Shown in pieces: positions 1 to 8,445 of a stretch of 34,603 nucleotides of DNA (positions are counted from its first letter, which is position 1; each line of letters starts with the position of its first letter). Under the pieces are notes generated by a model. That model was not told the DNA's origin. It worked only from the letters and a program-made list of their open reading frames with translations, and ran no database searches. Origin of the DNA: a bacterium (GTDB taxonomy: Bacteria > Zhuqueibacterota > Zhuqueibacteria > Residuimicrobiales > Krinioviventaceae); contig JAJRST010000546.1 in assembly GCA_024278645.1 (NCBI GenBank), positions 1-34,603 of the forward strand. The letters are read 5' to 3'. Position numbers and translations under genes: made by a program.

Positions 1-1
1 A

Positions 2-970
2 AAGATGTCCAAGACCTTTTTTGTTGAACTTGAAATGCCCGAGCCCGACGTTTATCTTGGCGTCGGCTCCGGTTCTCACGCCGAGCAAACGGCGGCGGTT
101 CTGGTGCAGATAGAAAAAATATTGCTTGAACAAAAGCCGGATTTGCTCATCGTCGTGGGCGACGTCAACTCGACCATCGCCGCCGCCATGGCCGCGGCAA
201 AGCTGCATATTCCGGTGGCGCACGTCGAGGCCGGCCTGCGAAGTTTCGACCGCGATATGCCGGAGGAGATCAACCGCGTTCTCACCGACGCCATTTCCGA
301 CCATCTGTTCGTCACCGAACAAGCCGGCCTGGAAAATCTGGCGCGGGAAGGCGTGCCCGACGAAAAAATCTATTTTGTCGGCAACTGCATGATCGATTCG
401 CTGGTGGAGCACCTTGACAAAGCGTCGAAGCTGGGAACGATGCAACAGTACGGCTTGACGCCAAAAGAGTACGCCGTCATGACGCTGCACCGTCCCTCCA
501 ATGTGGACGACGAAACGGTGCTGACGAACATCTTTTCGACGTTGTATAAAATCCAGCAAGACATGCCTATCATCTTTCCCATGCATCCACGTACGCGAAA
601 AATGTTGACGACATTTGGATTGGATAAAGAGATTGCAAAAATGAGTAATCTTGTTCTTACCGAGCCATTGGGCTATTTGCCGTTCCTGCGGCTCATGAGT
701 CAGGCGCGCCTGATGATCACCGATTCCGGGGGCATCCAGGAGGAGACGACCTACTTGAGGGTTCCCTGTTTAACGCTGCGGCGAAATACGGAAAGACCGG
801 TGACCGTTGATTTGGGCACCAATCAGCTTGTCGGCATGGAACCGGAAGACATCCTCGCCGGTTACAACAGTGCGATGAATTCTTCTTTCGAAAAGGCTTC
901 CATACCGCCGCTGTGGGATGGCGCGGCGTCACAACGAATTGTCGACATTATCAGTGATTTTGCAGAATAA
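2..970 (+). CDS. wecB: UDP-N-acetylglucosamine 2-epimerase (non-hydrolysing), 5'-truncated by the window edge
   Basis: The frame is open from base 2. The product carries GSGSHAEQTA, PDLLIVVGDVNST and HVEAGLRSFDRDMPEEINR, typical of the Epimerase_2 family. Roughly 40-50 N-terminal residues of the family are absent, so the start lies upstream of the window. Confidence 0.9.
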   Translation, partial: KMSKTFFVELEMPEPDVYLGVGSGSHAEQTAAVLVQIEKILLEQKPDLLIVVGDVNSTIAAAMAAAKLHIPVAHVEAGLRSFDRDMPEEINRVLTDAISDHLFVTEQAGLENLAREGVPDEKIYFVGNCMIDSLVEHLDKASKLGTMQQYGLTPKEYAVMTLHRPSNVDDETVLTNIFSTLYKIQQDMPIIFPMHPRTRKMLTTFGLDKEIAKMSNLVLTEPLGYLPFLRLMSQARLMITDSGGIQEETTYLRVPCLTLRRNTERPVTVDLGTNQLVGMEPEDILAGYNSAMNSSFEKASIPPLWDGAASQRIVDIISDFAE

Positions 971-989
971 TAAATTTCGGAGCTTCTGA

Positions 990-2723
990 ATGCGTTTTGT
1001 AATTATGCTGCTTTGCTTGCTTTTTGCTTCGTACGCAATGCCACAGGATTTATCCCAACTATCTTCATACCGGGATTTGCAAAAGGTGGCCAAGAAATCA
1101 TCGCTGCAGTTGCCGCGGCAACCGGAAATCGAGCACGCCGTGGTTGAAACGGAGTACCTTGTCGGACCCGGGGACGTCTTTAATATCATCATTGGCGGTC
1201 AAACCGGTGATGAACAGCAATTGATGGTTTCGCCCGAAGGAGAGCTGGTTTTTCCGGCGGTCGGGCCCATCAAGGTTGACGGTTTGACTTTGGCGAGGAC
1301 CAAGGATCTTGTCAAAGCTCATCTTCAGACGAGATACCTGGCCAAGGATATTTCCGTTTCCCTGGTGCAGTTGCGCACTTTTCGCGTCGCCGTCAGCGGC
1401 GCCGTTTATTTTCCCGGCCTTGTCGTCGTAAACGGCATGAGTCGGGTTTCCGATGCTCTCTTTTTAGCCGGCGGACTGGTGGAGCCGCCGCCGCCGTTTC
1501 CCCGGCCCGAGAATCCGCTCAGGAAAGAACAAACATCGTTGAAACAAAAAACCGAGACGACGATTAGCGAGGAAGATTATAAAAAGCTGCAAGGCGACGC
1601 CGCTTCGAAACGGAACATTGTCATCAAGCGCCGGGACGGGTCAAGTTTACGCGCTGATTTGCTAAAGTTTGAACGCACCGGCAACCTGGATGCCAACCCA
1701 TACCTGCATGACGGCGACGTCATCATAATTCCCACCGTGCAGGAAGATGTCGGCAAAATATCCATTGCCGGCGCCGTCAGGTCTCCGACGACCTTTGAAT
1801 ACTCCTCCGGCGATCGCCTGCGCGACTTGCTTGACATGGCGCACGGGTTTTCCGTCAACGCCGATTCCAGTAAAATCGAAATTGTACGTTTTGTTGAAAA
1901 CAGCAGCCGTGCGCAAGAAGTAGAGGTAGAATTCGATTGGTCCGATTCCGTCCTGGTGCGGCAGGCCCTGGATACGCCGCTGCAGCCGGACGACCGCGTT
2001 TTTGTGCGCAGTATGCCTAAATTTCATCAAAAGAGAACCGTGGAAATACGCGGCGAAGTCAAATATCCGGGCGAGTATGCGTTGCTCGAAAATGCGACGA
2101 CGCTCACCGATATCATCAATCTCGCCGGCGGTTTCACCAGCGAGGCTGCGCTGAACGCCGCTTATGTCGTCAGGCGTTCTTATGAAAATCGCAAGGACCC
2201 GGATTTCGAGCGCCTCGACTTTATGAGGGTGCAGGAGATGGAGCGCAGCGAGAAAGCCTATTATCGCGAGCGCGCCCGGGAAATCAAGGGCCTGGTGTCC
2301 ACGGATTTTATCGCCCTGTTTGAGAACGGCGAGGAGCAATATAACATCAAGCTCGCCGATAAAGACTTGATTGTGGTGCCGGCCAAAGAGTACGCCGTTT
2401 ACGTCGTCGGTCATGTCAAAAACCCGGGGCTGGTGCCTTATACGCCGGGGAAAAAAGCGAGCTATTATATCGAGAGAGCCGGCGGCTACAATATTGGCGC
2501 CTGGAAGAGCCGGGTGCGGGTGAAAAAGGCCGGCACCGGTGAAATGCTCAGCGCCAAAAGCACCATCGTGGAAATGGGGGACATGGTGTTTGTGCCCGAA
2601 AAAATCAAACAGGAAAATCTCATCCGCGACATTGCACTCATCACCGTGCAGGCGGCGACAGTCGTCTTACTTATCGTGCAGGCAAACTGGTACGCCAGCA
2701 GTTCAGGCGGTTTCGTACGCTGA
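990..2723 (+). CDS. Polysaccharide export protein (Wza-like; Poly_export plus repeated SLBB domains)
   Basis: N-terminal signal peptide MRFVIMLLCLLFASYA. VGPGDVFNIII Poly_export-type motif. Several repeats of the G.V..PG.Y type. C-terminal hydrophobic helix ALITVQAATVVLLIV. Confidence 0.8.
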   Translation: MRFVIMLLCLLFASYAMPQDLSQLSSYRDLQKVAKKSSLQLPRQPEIEHAVVETEYLVGPGDVFNIIIGGQTGDEQQLMVSPEGELVFPAVGPIKVDGLTLARTKDLVKAHLQTRYLAKDISVSLVQLRTFRVAVSGAVYFPGLVVVNGMSRVSDALFLAGGLVEPPPPFPRPENPLRKEQTSLKQKTETTISEEDYKKLQGDAASKRNIVIKRRDGSSLRADLLKFERTGNLDANPYLHDGDVIIIPTVQEDVGKISIAGAVRSPTTFEYSSGDRLRDLLDMAHGFSVNADSSKIEIVRFVENSSRAQEVEVEFDWSDSVLVRQALDTPLQPDDRVFVRSMPKFHQKRTVEIRGEVKYPGEYALLENATTLTDIINLAGGFTSEAALNAAYVVRRSYENRKDPDFERLDFMRVQEMERSEKAYYRERAREIKGLVSTDFIALFENGEEQYNIKLADKDLIVVPAKEYAVYVVGHVKNPGLVPYTPGKKASYYIERAGGYNIGAWKSRVRVKKAGTGEMLSAKSTIVEMGDMVFVPEKIKQENLIRDIALITVQAATVVLLIVQANWYASSSGGFVR

Positions 2724-2732
2724 TGAGAATAT

Positions 2733-2762
2733 AAAAAAGCCTCGCAATGCGAGGCTTTTTTT
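2733..2762. terminator. Bidirectional rho-independent terminator between convergent genes
   Basis: A6 tract, stem gcctcgc (2739-2745), loop aat, stem gcgaggc (2749-2755), then T7 (2756-2762). It reads as a terminator on both strands. Confidence 0.8.
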
Positions 2763-3948
2763 ATAAAGCGAGAATTGGAATTATTTTTTTCTGAATTTCC
2801 CCGGCGACGCCGACCTCCCCGTCATCCGTGACAAAGACATCGATTTCCGTGCGAAAGCCGATTTTTTCTTCCGGCATGTAGATGCCCGGTTCGATGGAAA
2901 AGCACGTCCCCGGCAGGACAAGTCGTTCATCCTTGGTTTCAAGATTGTCGATATGAACGCCGTTGCCGTGCACCTCTTCGCCGATGTTGTGACCGGTGCG
3001 ATGGGTGAAATACTTGCCATAGCCCGCATCAATGATGACCTGTCGACAGGCGTCATCCACCTCCCATCCGTGCACGGGAATGTTTTTCACAAAGCGTTCT
3101 CTGACAAAATCAAGAGCGGCGTCGCGTGCTCGAGCCGCGACCTGAAAGATGTTCTCCAGTTTTTCCGGGACGGTGTCGCCGACATAGCCCATCCATGTGA
3201 TGTCGTAAAAAATGCTGCCGGGACGATTCTTCTTCGCCCACAGATCCAAAAGCACAAGATCGCCTTTTTTCATCTCAAAGCTGTTCTCTTTTGTGGGTTC
3301 AAAGTGCGGGTCCGCCGCATGTTCATTAACGGCGACGATCGGCCCGTCTCCCCAGAACATGTCGTTCTCGCGCATAAGCTGGTGCATAAAGGCTTGAATC
3401 TCAAACTCGCGCGGGTTTTTACCGGCGCGGATGCGTTTTGCGATTTCCTTAAAGGTTTCATTCTTGACTATATGCATAATTTCGCCGGCCTCTTTGTGAC
3501 TCCTCAAGTCCGCATCGGTGAGGTGCGCTTCAAACTTGCCGACAAGGTCGCCGCTGGAAACCACGGCAACGCCAAAACTGCGAATCAGCTCCACAGTGCC
3601 CGCATCGACGATGGATACGTAGGGAATGGCGTTGTTGGGGGAGTATTGCATGGCGACTGTTTTGCAGGATTTTAGAATGCTTTCGAGTTTTTGCTGCTGT
3701 TCCTGCCAGGAAAGGTAGATGTGTTTGTCGCCCGGGAGATGATCGCATCGCCAGGGTTCAATGCGATGCACTAATTTTTGCGGCCGCCCGTGCGCCGGAA
3801 TGAAATAGTACCAGCGGCGGGAGGCGAAGCGCGAGGCATCCATGTGCAAGACGCGGGCGGCTATGGCATCCCGGTTATGGAAGTCATAAAATAACCAGCC
3901 ATCGATTTCAGCCCGTTGCAATTCCTGTTGAATGGCCTGCAAGTCCAT
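2761..3948 (-). CDS. M24 family metallopeptidase (Xaa-Pro aminopeptidase/dipeptidase-like)
   Basis: 395-aa ORF with HRTGHNIGEEVHG and FSIEPGIY motifs of the M24 pita-bread fold, plus a creatinase-like N-terminal domain. Confidence 0.85.
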   Translation of the reverse strand: MDLQAIQQELQRAEIDGWLFYDFHNRDAIAARVLHMDASRFASRRWYYFIPAHGRPQKLVHRIEPWRCDHLPGDKHIYLSWQEQQQKLESILKSCKTVAMQYSPNNAIPYVSIVDAGTVELIRSFGVAVVSSGDLVGKFEAHLTDADLRSHKEAGEIMHIVKNETFKEIAKRIRAGKNPREFEIQAFMHQLMRENDMFWGDGPIVAVNEHAADPHFEPTKENSFEMKKGDLVLLDLWAKKNRPGSIFYDITWMGYVGDTVPEKLENIFQVAARARDAALDFVRERFVKNIPVHGWEVDDACRQVIIDAGYGKYFTHRTGHNIGEEVHGNGVHIDNLETKDERLVLPGTCFSIEPGIYMPEEKIGFRTEIDVFVTDDGEVGVAGEIQKKIIPILAL

Positions 3949-3964
3949 TTCGTTCTCCTTAAAA

Positions 3965-4327
3965 TTAGGCGGTCGGCGAGTTCGAGCGAATAAGACGTTT
4001 CAGCATACGTTCAATATCGTCGATCTTGTCGTCCAGTTCATTGTAGTTTTTTAACAAACCCAAATCGTTTGCGAGCAGCAAGAGGTATGAAAGCTCCTGG
4101 ACGGCATTCAAGGCGCCGCGATAGTAGTAAAGCTTGGGCTTTTTGCCCCGTTTTTTAAAGCCGATGGAAATGTTGCTTGGAACGGATGCCGCAATAGTGC
4201 GGATCTGCGATGCCAGTGCATCGGTCTCTTTTTTGGAGAGCTTGGCCTTGTACAAAGCAAGAACAAGCTCGTGGCTTTTCTGCCATACGACCAGATCGTG
4301 AAATGATTCGACTTTTCTGGATATCAT
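3965..4327 (-). CDS. Four-helix-bundle protein (23S rRNA intervening-sequence protein family)
   Basis: FHDLVVWQKSHELVLALYK near the N-terminus and YLLLLANDLGLL near the C-terminus match this family. I place the start at the internal ATG 4327 (MISRKVESF...), giving the ~120 aa typical of the family. The 47 upstream codons of the track ORF look non-coding. Confidence 0.7.
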   Translation of the reverse strand: MISRKVESFHDLVVWQKSHELVLALYKAKLSKKETDALASQIRTIAASVPSNISIGFKKRGKKPKLYYYRGALNAVQELSYLLLLANDLGLLKNYNELDDKIDDIERMLKRLIRSNSPTA

Positions 4328-4550
4328 TGTGGATCGCCTTTCTCTGTTAGGTTTTAGGCTCGAGGGTTTCGTCGTGGATAATGGTAACATAAAAACGACG
4401 GATAGCGTAGCGATTATTTCGAAAAATCTGATTTTATTTAAAGTATTCATTTTGTTCAGGAAAAACAAATACTTTAAAAATTTTGGTAATTTGGCGGATA
4501 TTGCTTAAATTGAACATAATTTTGGTGAACCCGGATTCTGTGAGGAAAAA

Positions 4551-5534
4551 ATGACTCGATACAAGGTTGGCATCATTGGCGTCGGAAAGCTGGGCGCCTT
4601 TCATTGCAATGCGATAACGCAACTGGATAATGCCGAGCTGGTCGGCATCTTTGATGTTGATAAAGCCAGGGAAAAGGAAATGGCCGAAAAATTTCATTGT
4701 ACGCCATTTGCCGCGGAAGCTGATTTGTTTGATGCCGTCGACGTCGTCGGCGTCATCGTGCCGACGAGCGCGCATCTTGAGGTTGTCAAAAAGGCGCTTG
4801 TCGCCGGCAAACCGGTCTTTGTTGAAAAGCCGATCGCCGCAACCGTTGCCGAGGCGAAGGAAATCGTTTCTTTGGCGCAGGCGAGGAACCTGCCCGTTCA
4901 AGTCGGTCACATCGAACGTTTTAACCCGGCCATTCGTGCTCTGAATGCTTTTGAACTTGCGCCGATGTTTATCGAGTCGCACCGCCTGGCGCCGTTTGAT
5001 CCACGCGGAACGGACGTCGCCGTCGTTTTGGATTTGATGATTCATGATATCGACATCATCTTAAATCTGGTCAAGTCGCCGGTGAAAAGCATCCATGCGA
5101 ATGGCGTGGCCATAGTTTCGGACGAGGTTGACATTGCCAATGCGCGCATCGAGTTTGACAACGGCTGCGTCGCCAATGTCACCGCCAGCCGTATTTCGCA
5201 GCGCAAAATGAGAAAGATGCGTCTTTTCCAAAAAGACGCCTATGTGTCCATAGACTTTCTTCTTCGTTTGACCGAGCTTTTTCGTTTATCCGATGAAAGC
5301 AGAGAGAGCAACGTCGCCATAAATTTGGGACAAATAGACAAGGGGAAATACAGGAGAAACATCCTTTACGAAAAACCCCCGGTTCCGGAAGGGGATGCCA
5401 TGCAGACGGAATGGCAGAGCTTTTTTCATGCCATTGAAACCGGTGAACCGCCGATAATCAGCGCCCTCGATGGCTTGAGAGCGTTGGAGGTGGCGCTGCA
5501 AATCCGATCCAGGATCAATGAATCCATACACTAA
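4551..5534 (+). CDS. Gfo/Idh/MocA family NAD(P)-dependent oxidoreductase, possibly a GnnA-like UDP-GlcNAc 3-dehydrogenase
   Basis: N-terminal Rossmann motif KVGIIGVGKLGAFH, EKP motif (VFVEKPIA), GAGG RBS 5 nt upstream. It lies immediately upstream of lpxB. Confidence 0.8.
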   Translation: MTRYKVGIIGVGKLGAFHCNAITQLDNAELVGIFDVDKAREKEMAEKFHCTPFAAEADLFDAVDVVGVIVPTSAHLEVVKKALVAGKPVFVEKPIAATVAEAKEIVSLAQARNLPVQVGHIERFNPAIRALNAFELAPMFIESHRLAPFDPRGTDVAVVLDLMIHDIDIILNLVKSPVKSIHANGVAIVSDEVDIANARIEFDNGCVANVTASRISQRKMRKMRLFQKDAYVSIDFLLRLTELFRLSDESRESNVAINLGQIDKGKYRRNILYEKPPVPEGDAMQTEWQSFFHAIETGEPPIISALDGLRALEVALQIRSRINESIH

Positions 5535-5551
5535 TCATCGGGCCTGATTCT

Positions 5552-6679
5552 ATGTCAAAGAAAATAATGATAATCGCCGGCGAGGCCTCCGGCGACCTGC
5601 ACGGCGGCAAACTGGTGACGTCGCTGTTGCAGCAACAGCCGGACGCGGAAATTTTCGGCGTCGGCGGCGACAACATGAAAAAGGCGGGGATGGAATTGCT
5701 GTTTCATGTCGAGGACCTGGCTTTCATGGGGTTTACCGAAGTGATCAAGCATCTCGGCGATATCAAAAAAGTTTTTAATTCACTCATCCGGGAGGCGCAA
5801 GCTCGCAAGCCGGATATCATTGTGCTCATCGACTATCCCGGCTTTAATTTACGTTTCGGTAAAAAGGCAAAATCCCTTGGTTTTCGCATTTTTTATTTTA
5901 TAGCGCCGCAAGTTTGGGCATGGCATCAAAGTCGCGCAAAAAAAATGGCCTCCTTTATCGACCGCATGGCCGTACTATTTGATTTTGAAGTCGACTTTTT
6001 CAAGAGATACGGCATAGATGCTCGTTTTGTCGGCCATCCTCTGCTGGACGGGTTGCAGTTAAAATTATCCGAGACCGGGTTTCGCCGCACGTTTTCATTG
6101 CCGGTCGATGCGCCGCTGCTGGGATTGTTTCCGGGAAGCCGCAACCAGGAGATCGATCAGCTTTTACCGACCATGTTGCAAACGGCGCGTCGGTTGCGCG
6201 AGAAACATGCGCAAATTGTCGTCGCCGTAAGTCAGGCTGATACCATCAGCGACGCCCAAATTGGCGACCACCTTGCCGGATACGAAAATATCGCCGTTAT
6301 CAAAGGCGCGGCTTACGAGTTGATGAATTATTCCCGATCGGCTATGGTGGCTTCGGGCACGGCCACGCTGGAGACGGCCTGTTTTCAGACGCCGTTCGTC
6401 ATTATTTACAAAGTGTCCTCGTTTTCCTATTTTATCGGCAAACGCGTGGTCAAAATTCCTTTCATTGGTCTTGCCAATATTGTCGCCGGCAGGCAAGTTG
6501 TCCAAGAGTTCATTCAAGAAAATGCCTCCCCGGAAAATATTCTTGCGGAAATGGAGAAATGTCTTTTTGACGACGAATACCGCCGACAAAAAAAAGAAGA
6601 TTTGTTGCGAATCAAGCAAAAGCTTGGCGCTCCGGGGGCTTCGGAACAAACGGCGAAACTTGTGCTTGAAATGATTTAA
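5552..6679 (+). CDS. lpxB: Lipid-A-disaccharide synthase
   Basis: IMIIAGEASGDLHGGKLV N-terminus, YFIAPQVWAWHQSR and LFPGSRNQEI motifs characteristic of LpxB. 375 aa. Confidence 0.92.
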   Translation: MSKKIMIIAGEASGDLHGGKLVTSLLQQQPDAEIFGVGGDNMKKAGMELLFHVEDLAFMGFTEVIKHLGDIKKVFNSLIREAQARKPDIIVLIDYPGFNLRFGKKAKSLGFRIFYFIAPQVWAWHQSRAKKMASFIDRMAVLFDFEVDFFKRYGIDARFVGHPLLDGLQLKLSETGFRRTFSLPVDAPLLGLFPGSRNQEIDQLLPTMLQTARRLREKHAQIVVAVSQADTISDAQIGDHLAGYENIAVIKGAAYELMNYSRSAMVASGTATLETACFQTPFVIIYKVSSFSYFIGKRVVKIPFIGLANIVAGRQVVQEFIQENASPENILAEMEKCLFDDEYRRQKKEDLLRIKQKLGAPGASEQTAKLVLEMI

Positions 6680-6695
6680 TTGTTACAACTGATTT

Positions 6696-7361
6696 GTGAT
6701 AATGAATAAAAAAAGAAAAAAAGAAATTCTGCAATATATAGCCATCAAACTGTCGTGGCTGCTCATCCTTGCTTTTGGAAAATTGGCAAGGATAACCGTG
6801 AAAAATCAAAAGCACCATAAAACAGCGCTAAACAGTGGGCATCCCGTTTTGTACATTACCTGGCATGGTAAAATGTTGGCCCCCATTTATGTCATGCGCA
6901 ATTCCAAGATCGTCGCCATGGTCAGCGAGCACGGCGATGGAGAGATCATCGCACAAACGATTCTCAGACTCGGCTACAAGACGGTTCGTGGATCGAGCAC
7001 GCGCGGCGGTCAAAGGGCTTTTCGCGAAATGCTGAAGCTGTTAAAAAACGGGCGTCATTGCACAGTCCTGCCCGATGGTCCGAATGGGCCCCGTTTTGTT
7101 ATGAAGATGGGAGCGATACTTCTCGCTCAGAGATCCGGGGGCTATTTGTTGCCGCTCACTTTTTCCGCCGAGAAGCCAATTGAAATGAATTCCTGGGACA
7201 GGTTTACGCTATGGCGACCGTTCTCGCGAGTGTCGGTCTTGTACGGCAAGCCGATTCTTATTCCACGCAAGTTGAGTCCGGCGCAACTGGAGTACTATCG
7301 AAAGTTTGTCGAGCAGAAAATGCATGACTTGCAGCGAGAGGCGGATGAGTTTTTTGGATAA
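6696..7361 (+). CDS. DUF374 domain protein (lysophospholipid-acyltransferase-like, commonly linked to lpxB/lpxK/waaA)
   Basis: ITWHGKML...SEHGDGEIIA...GSSTRGG...VLPDGPNGPRF resembles DUF374. The track start is GTG 6696; ATG 6702 is an equally good start. The 3' end overlaps lpxK by 17 nt. Confidence 0.75.
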   Translation: MIMNKKRKKEILQYIAIKLSWLLILAFGKLARITVKNQKHHKTALNSGHPVLYITWHGKMLAPIYVMRNSKIVAMVSEHGDGEIIAQTILRLGYKTVRGSSTRGGQRAFREMLKLLKNGRHCTVLPDGPNGPRFVMKMGAILLAQRSGGYLLPLTFSAEKPIEMNSWDRFTLWRPFSRVSVLYGKPILIPRKLSPAQLEYYRKFVEQKMHDLQREADEFFG

Positions 7362-8361
7362 TAAATGGCCGGCCATTCTTTTATGGCCCCTATCCGTCTT
7401 GTACGGTTTTGCTATACGTGTACGAAATTTTTGCTATGACAAGGGTTTGTGTAAAAGCTACACTGTCGACTGCAAAGTGATAAGCGTGGGCAATGTAACC
7501 GTCGGTGGAACCGGAAAGACGCCGACAGTACAATATCTCTTTGAAAAACTGTCGTCGCTTGGCAAACGAGTCGCCATCTTAAGCCGCGGATATGGAAGGA
7601 CGACAAAGGGCGGCGTGCTTGTCTCGGACGGCGAAAAAATATGGTGCACTGCAAGAGAGGCCGGCGATGCACCCTTTCTGTTGGCTTTGTCGTGTTTCGG
7701 CGCTATTGTTGCTGTGGACGAGGATCGCATTCGAATGGCCCGCAAGATCGTCGCAAAGTATTCTCCGGATGTCATTATTCTGGACGATGCATTTCAACAT
7801 CGGAGAATACGGCGGGACCTTGATATTGTGATGATCCGCAGCGGCAAGCCGTTTGGCAACGGTTTTTTGCTGCCGGCGGGTCCGTTGCGAGAACCGTTGC
7901 AAAGTTTGCGACGATCGCATTTGATCCTTGCCAGCGGCAAAGATGATTCCGTTAAAAAGATAACGGCAAAAGAGAGGATTCCAGTCGTCAATTTTCATTA
8001 TAAAGTTCGGGATATTCGGAATAAGCACGGTTACGTTTCAGCGACCGAGTTGTCTGGAAAAGATATCATTGCCTTTTGCGGCATCGCCAATCCGACAAGT
8101 TTTTTGCAAACGCTGGCTAATTTTCATGTGAACATTTTAGACTTTGCAACGTTTCAAGACCATCATCGATACACAGAAAAAGATTTAATGCAGCTTCGTT
8201 TCCGCTCCCAACGCTTGGCATCAAACTATATCATTACAACTGAAAAAGATTGGGTAAAGCTCCCACAGGATGAGCTTGATGATGCGTGGTTGTATGTGCG
8301 CATCGGCATTATCCCGGAAGAGGAACAAGTCATAGTGTCTCGTTTTGAGATGGTTTTTTAA
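7345..8361 (+). CDS. lpxK: Tetraacyldisaccharide 4'-kinase
   Basis: P-loop VGNVTVGGTGKTP, ILSRGYG, and N-terminal WPAILLWPLSVLYG typical of LpxK. I prefer ATG 7345 (MSFLDNKW...) over the track start at 7306 because it gives the family-typical N-terminus. Confidence 0.9.
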   Translation: MSFLDNKWPAILLWPLSVLYGFAIRVRNFCYDKGLCKSYTVDCKVISVGNVTVGGTGKTPTVQYLFEKLSSLGKRVAILSRGYGRTTKGGVLVSDGEKIWCTAREAGDAPFLLALSCFGAIVAVDEDRIRMARKIVAKYSPDVIILDDAFQHRRIRRDLDIVMIRSGKPFGNGFLLPAGPLREPLQSLRRSHLILASGKDDSVKKITAKERIPVVNFHYKVRDIRNKHGYVSATELSGKDIIAFCGIANPTSFLQTLANFHVNILDFATFQDHHRYTEKDLMQLRFRSQRLASNYIITTEKDWVKLPQDELDDAWLYVRIGIIPEEEQVIVSRFEMVF

Positions 8362-8390
8362 AAAGTGTATCAAGATTATACAAAAAACAC

Positions 8391-8419
8391 TTGCGTTATA
8401 TGGTTCAATTTCTTATAAT
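8391..8419 (+). promoter_or_regulatory. Candidate sigma70-type promoter for the sigma54 activator gene
   Basis: TTGCGT (8391-8396), 17-nt spacer, TATAAT (8414-8419), about 30 nt upstream of the ORF start. Confidence 0.5.
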
Positions 8420-8445
8420 GTAGATGCTAACATACAGTTGGTTAA

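Noticed and set aside
1662-3675. Antisense or alternative-frame ORFs 1662-2414 (-) and 2953-3675 (+)
   Set aside because: They sit opposite the clearly recognisable exporter and M24 peptidase genes and have low-complexity, His/Arg/Gly-rich translations.
4328-4468. N-terminal 47-codon extension of the four-helix-bundle ORF
   Set aside because: The family is about 110-125 aa and begins close to the FHDLxVWQ motif. The extension is AT-rich, hydrophobic or low-complexity, and lies in the divergent promoter spacer.
4434-6649. ORFs 4434-5045 (-) and 6164-6649 (-)
   Set aside because: They lie opposite the Gfo/Idh/MocA and lpxB genes. They have no motifs, and the sense-strand genes have strong family signatures.
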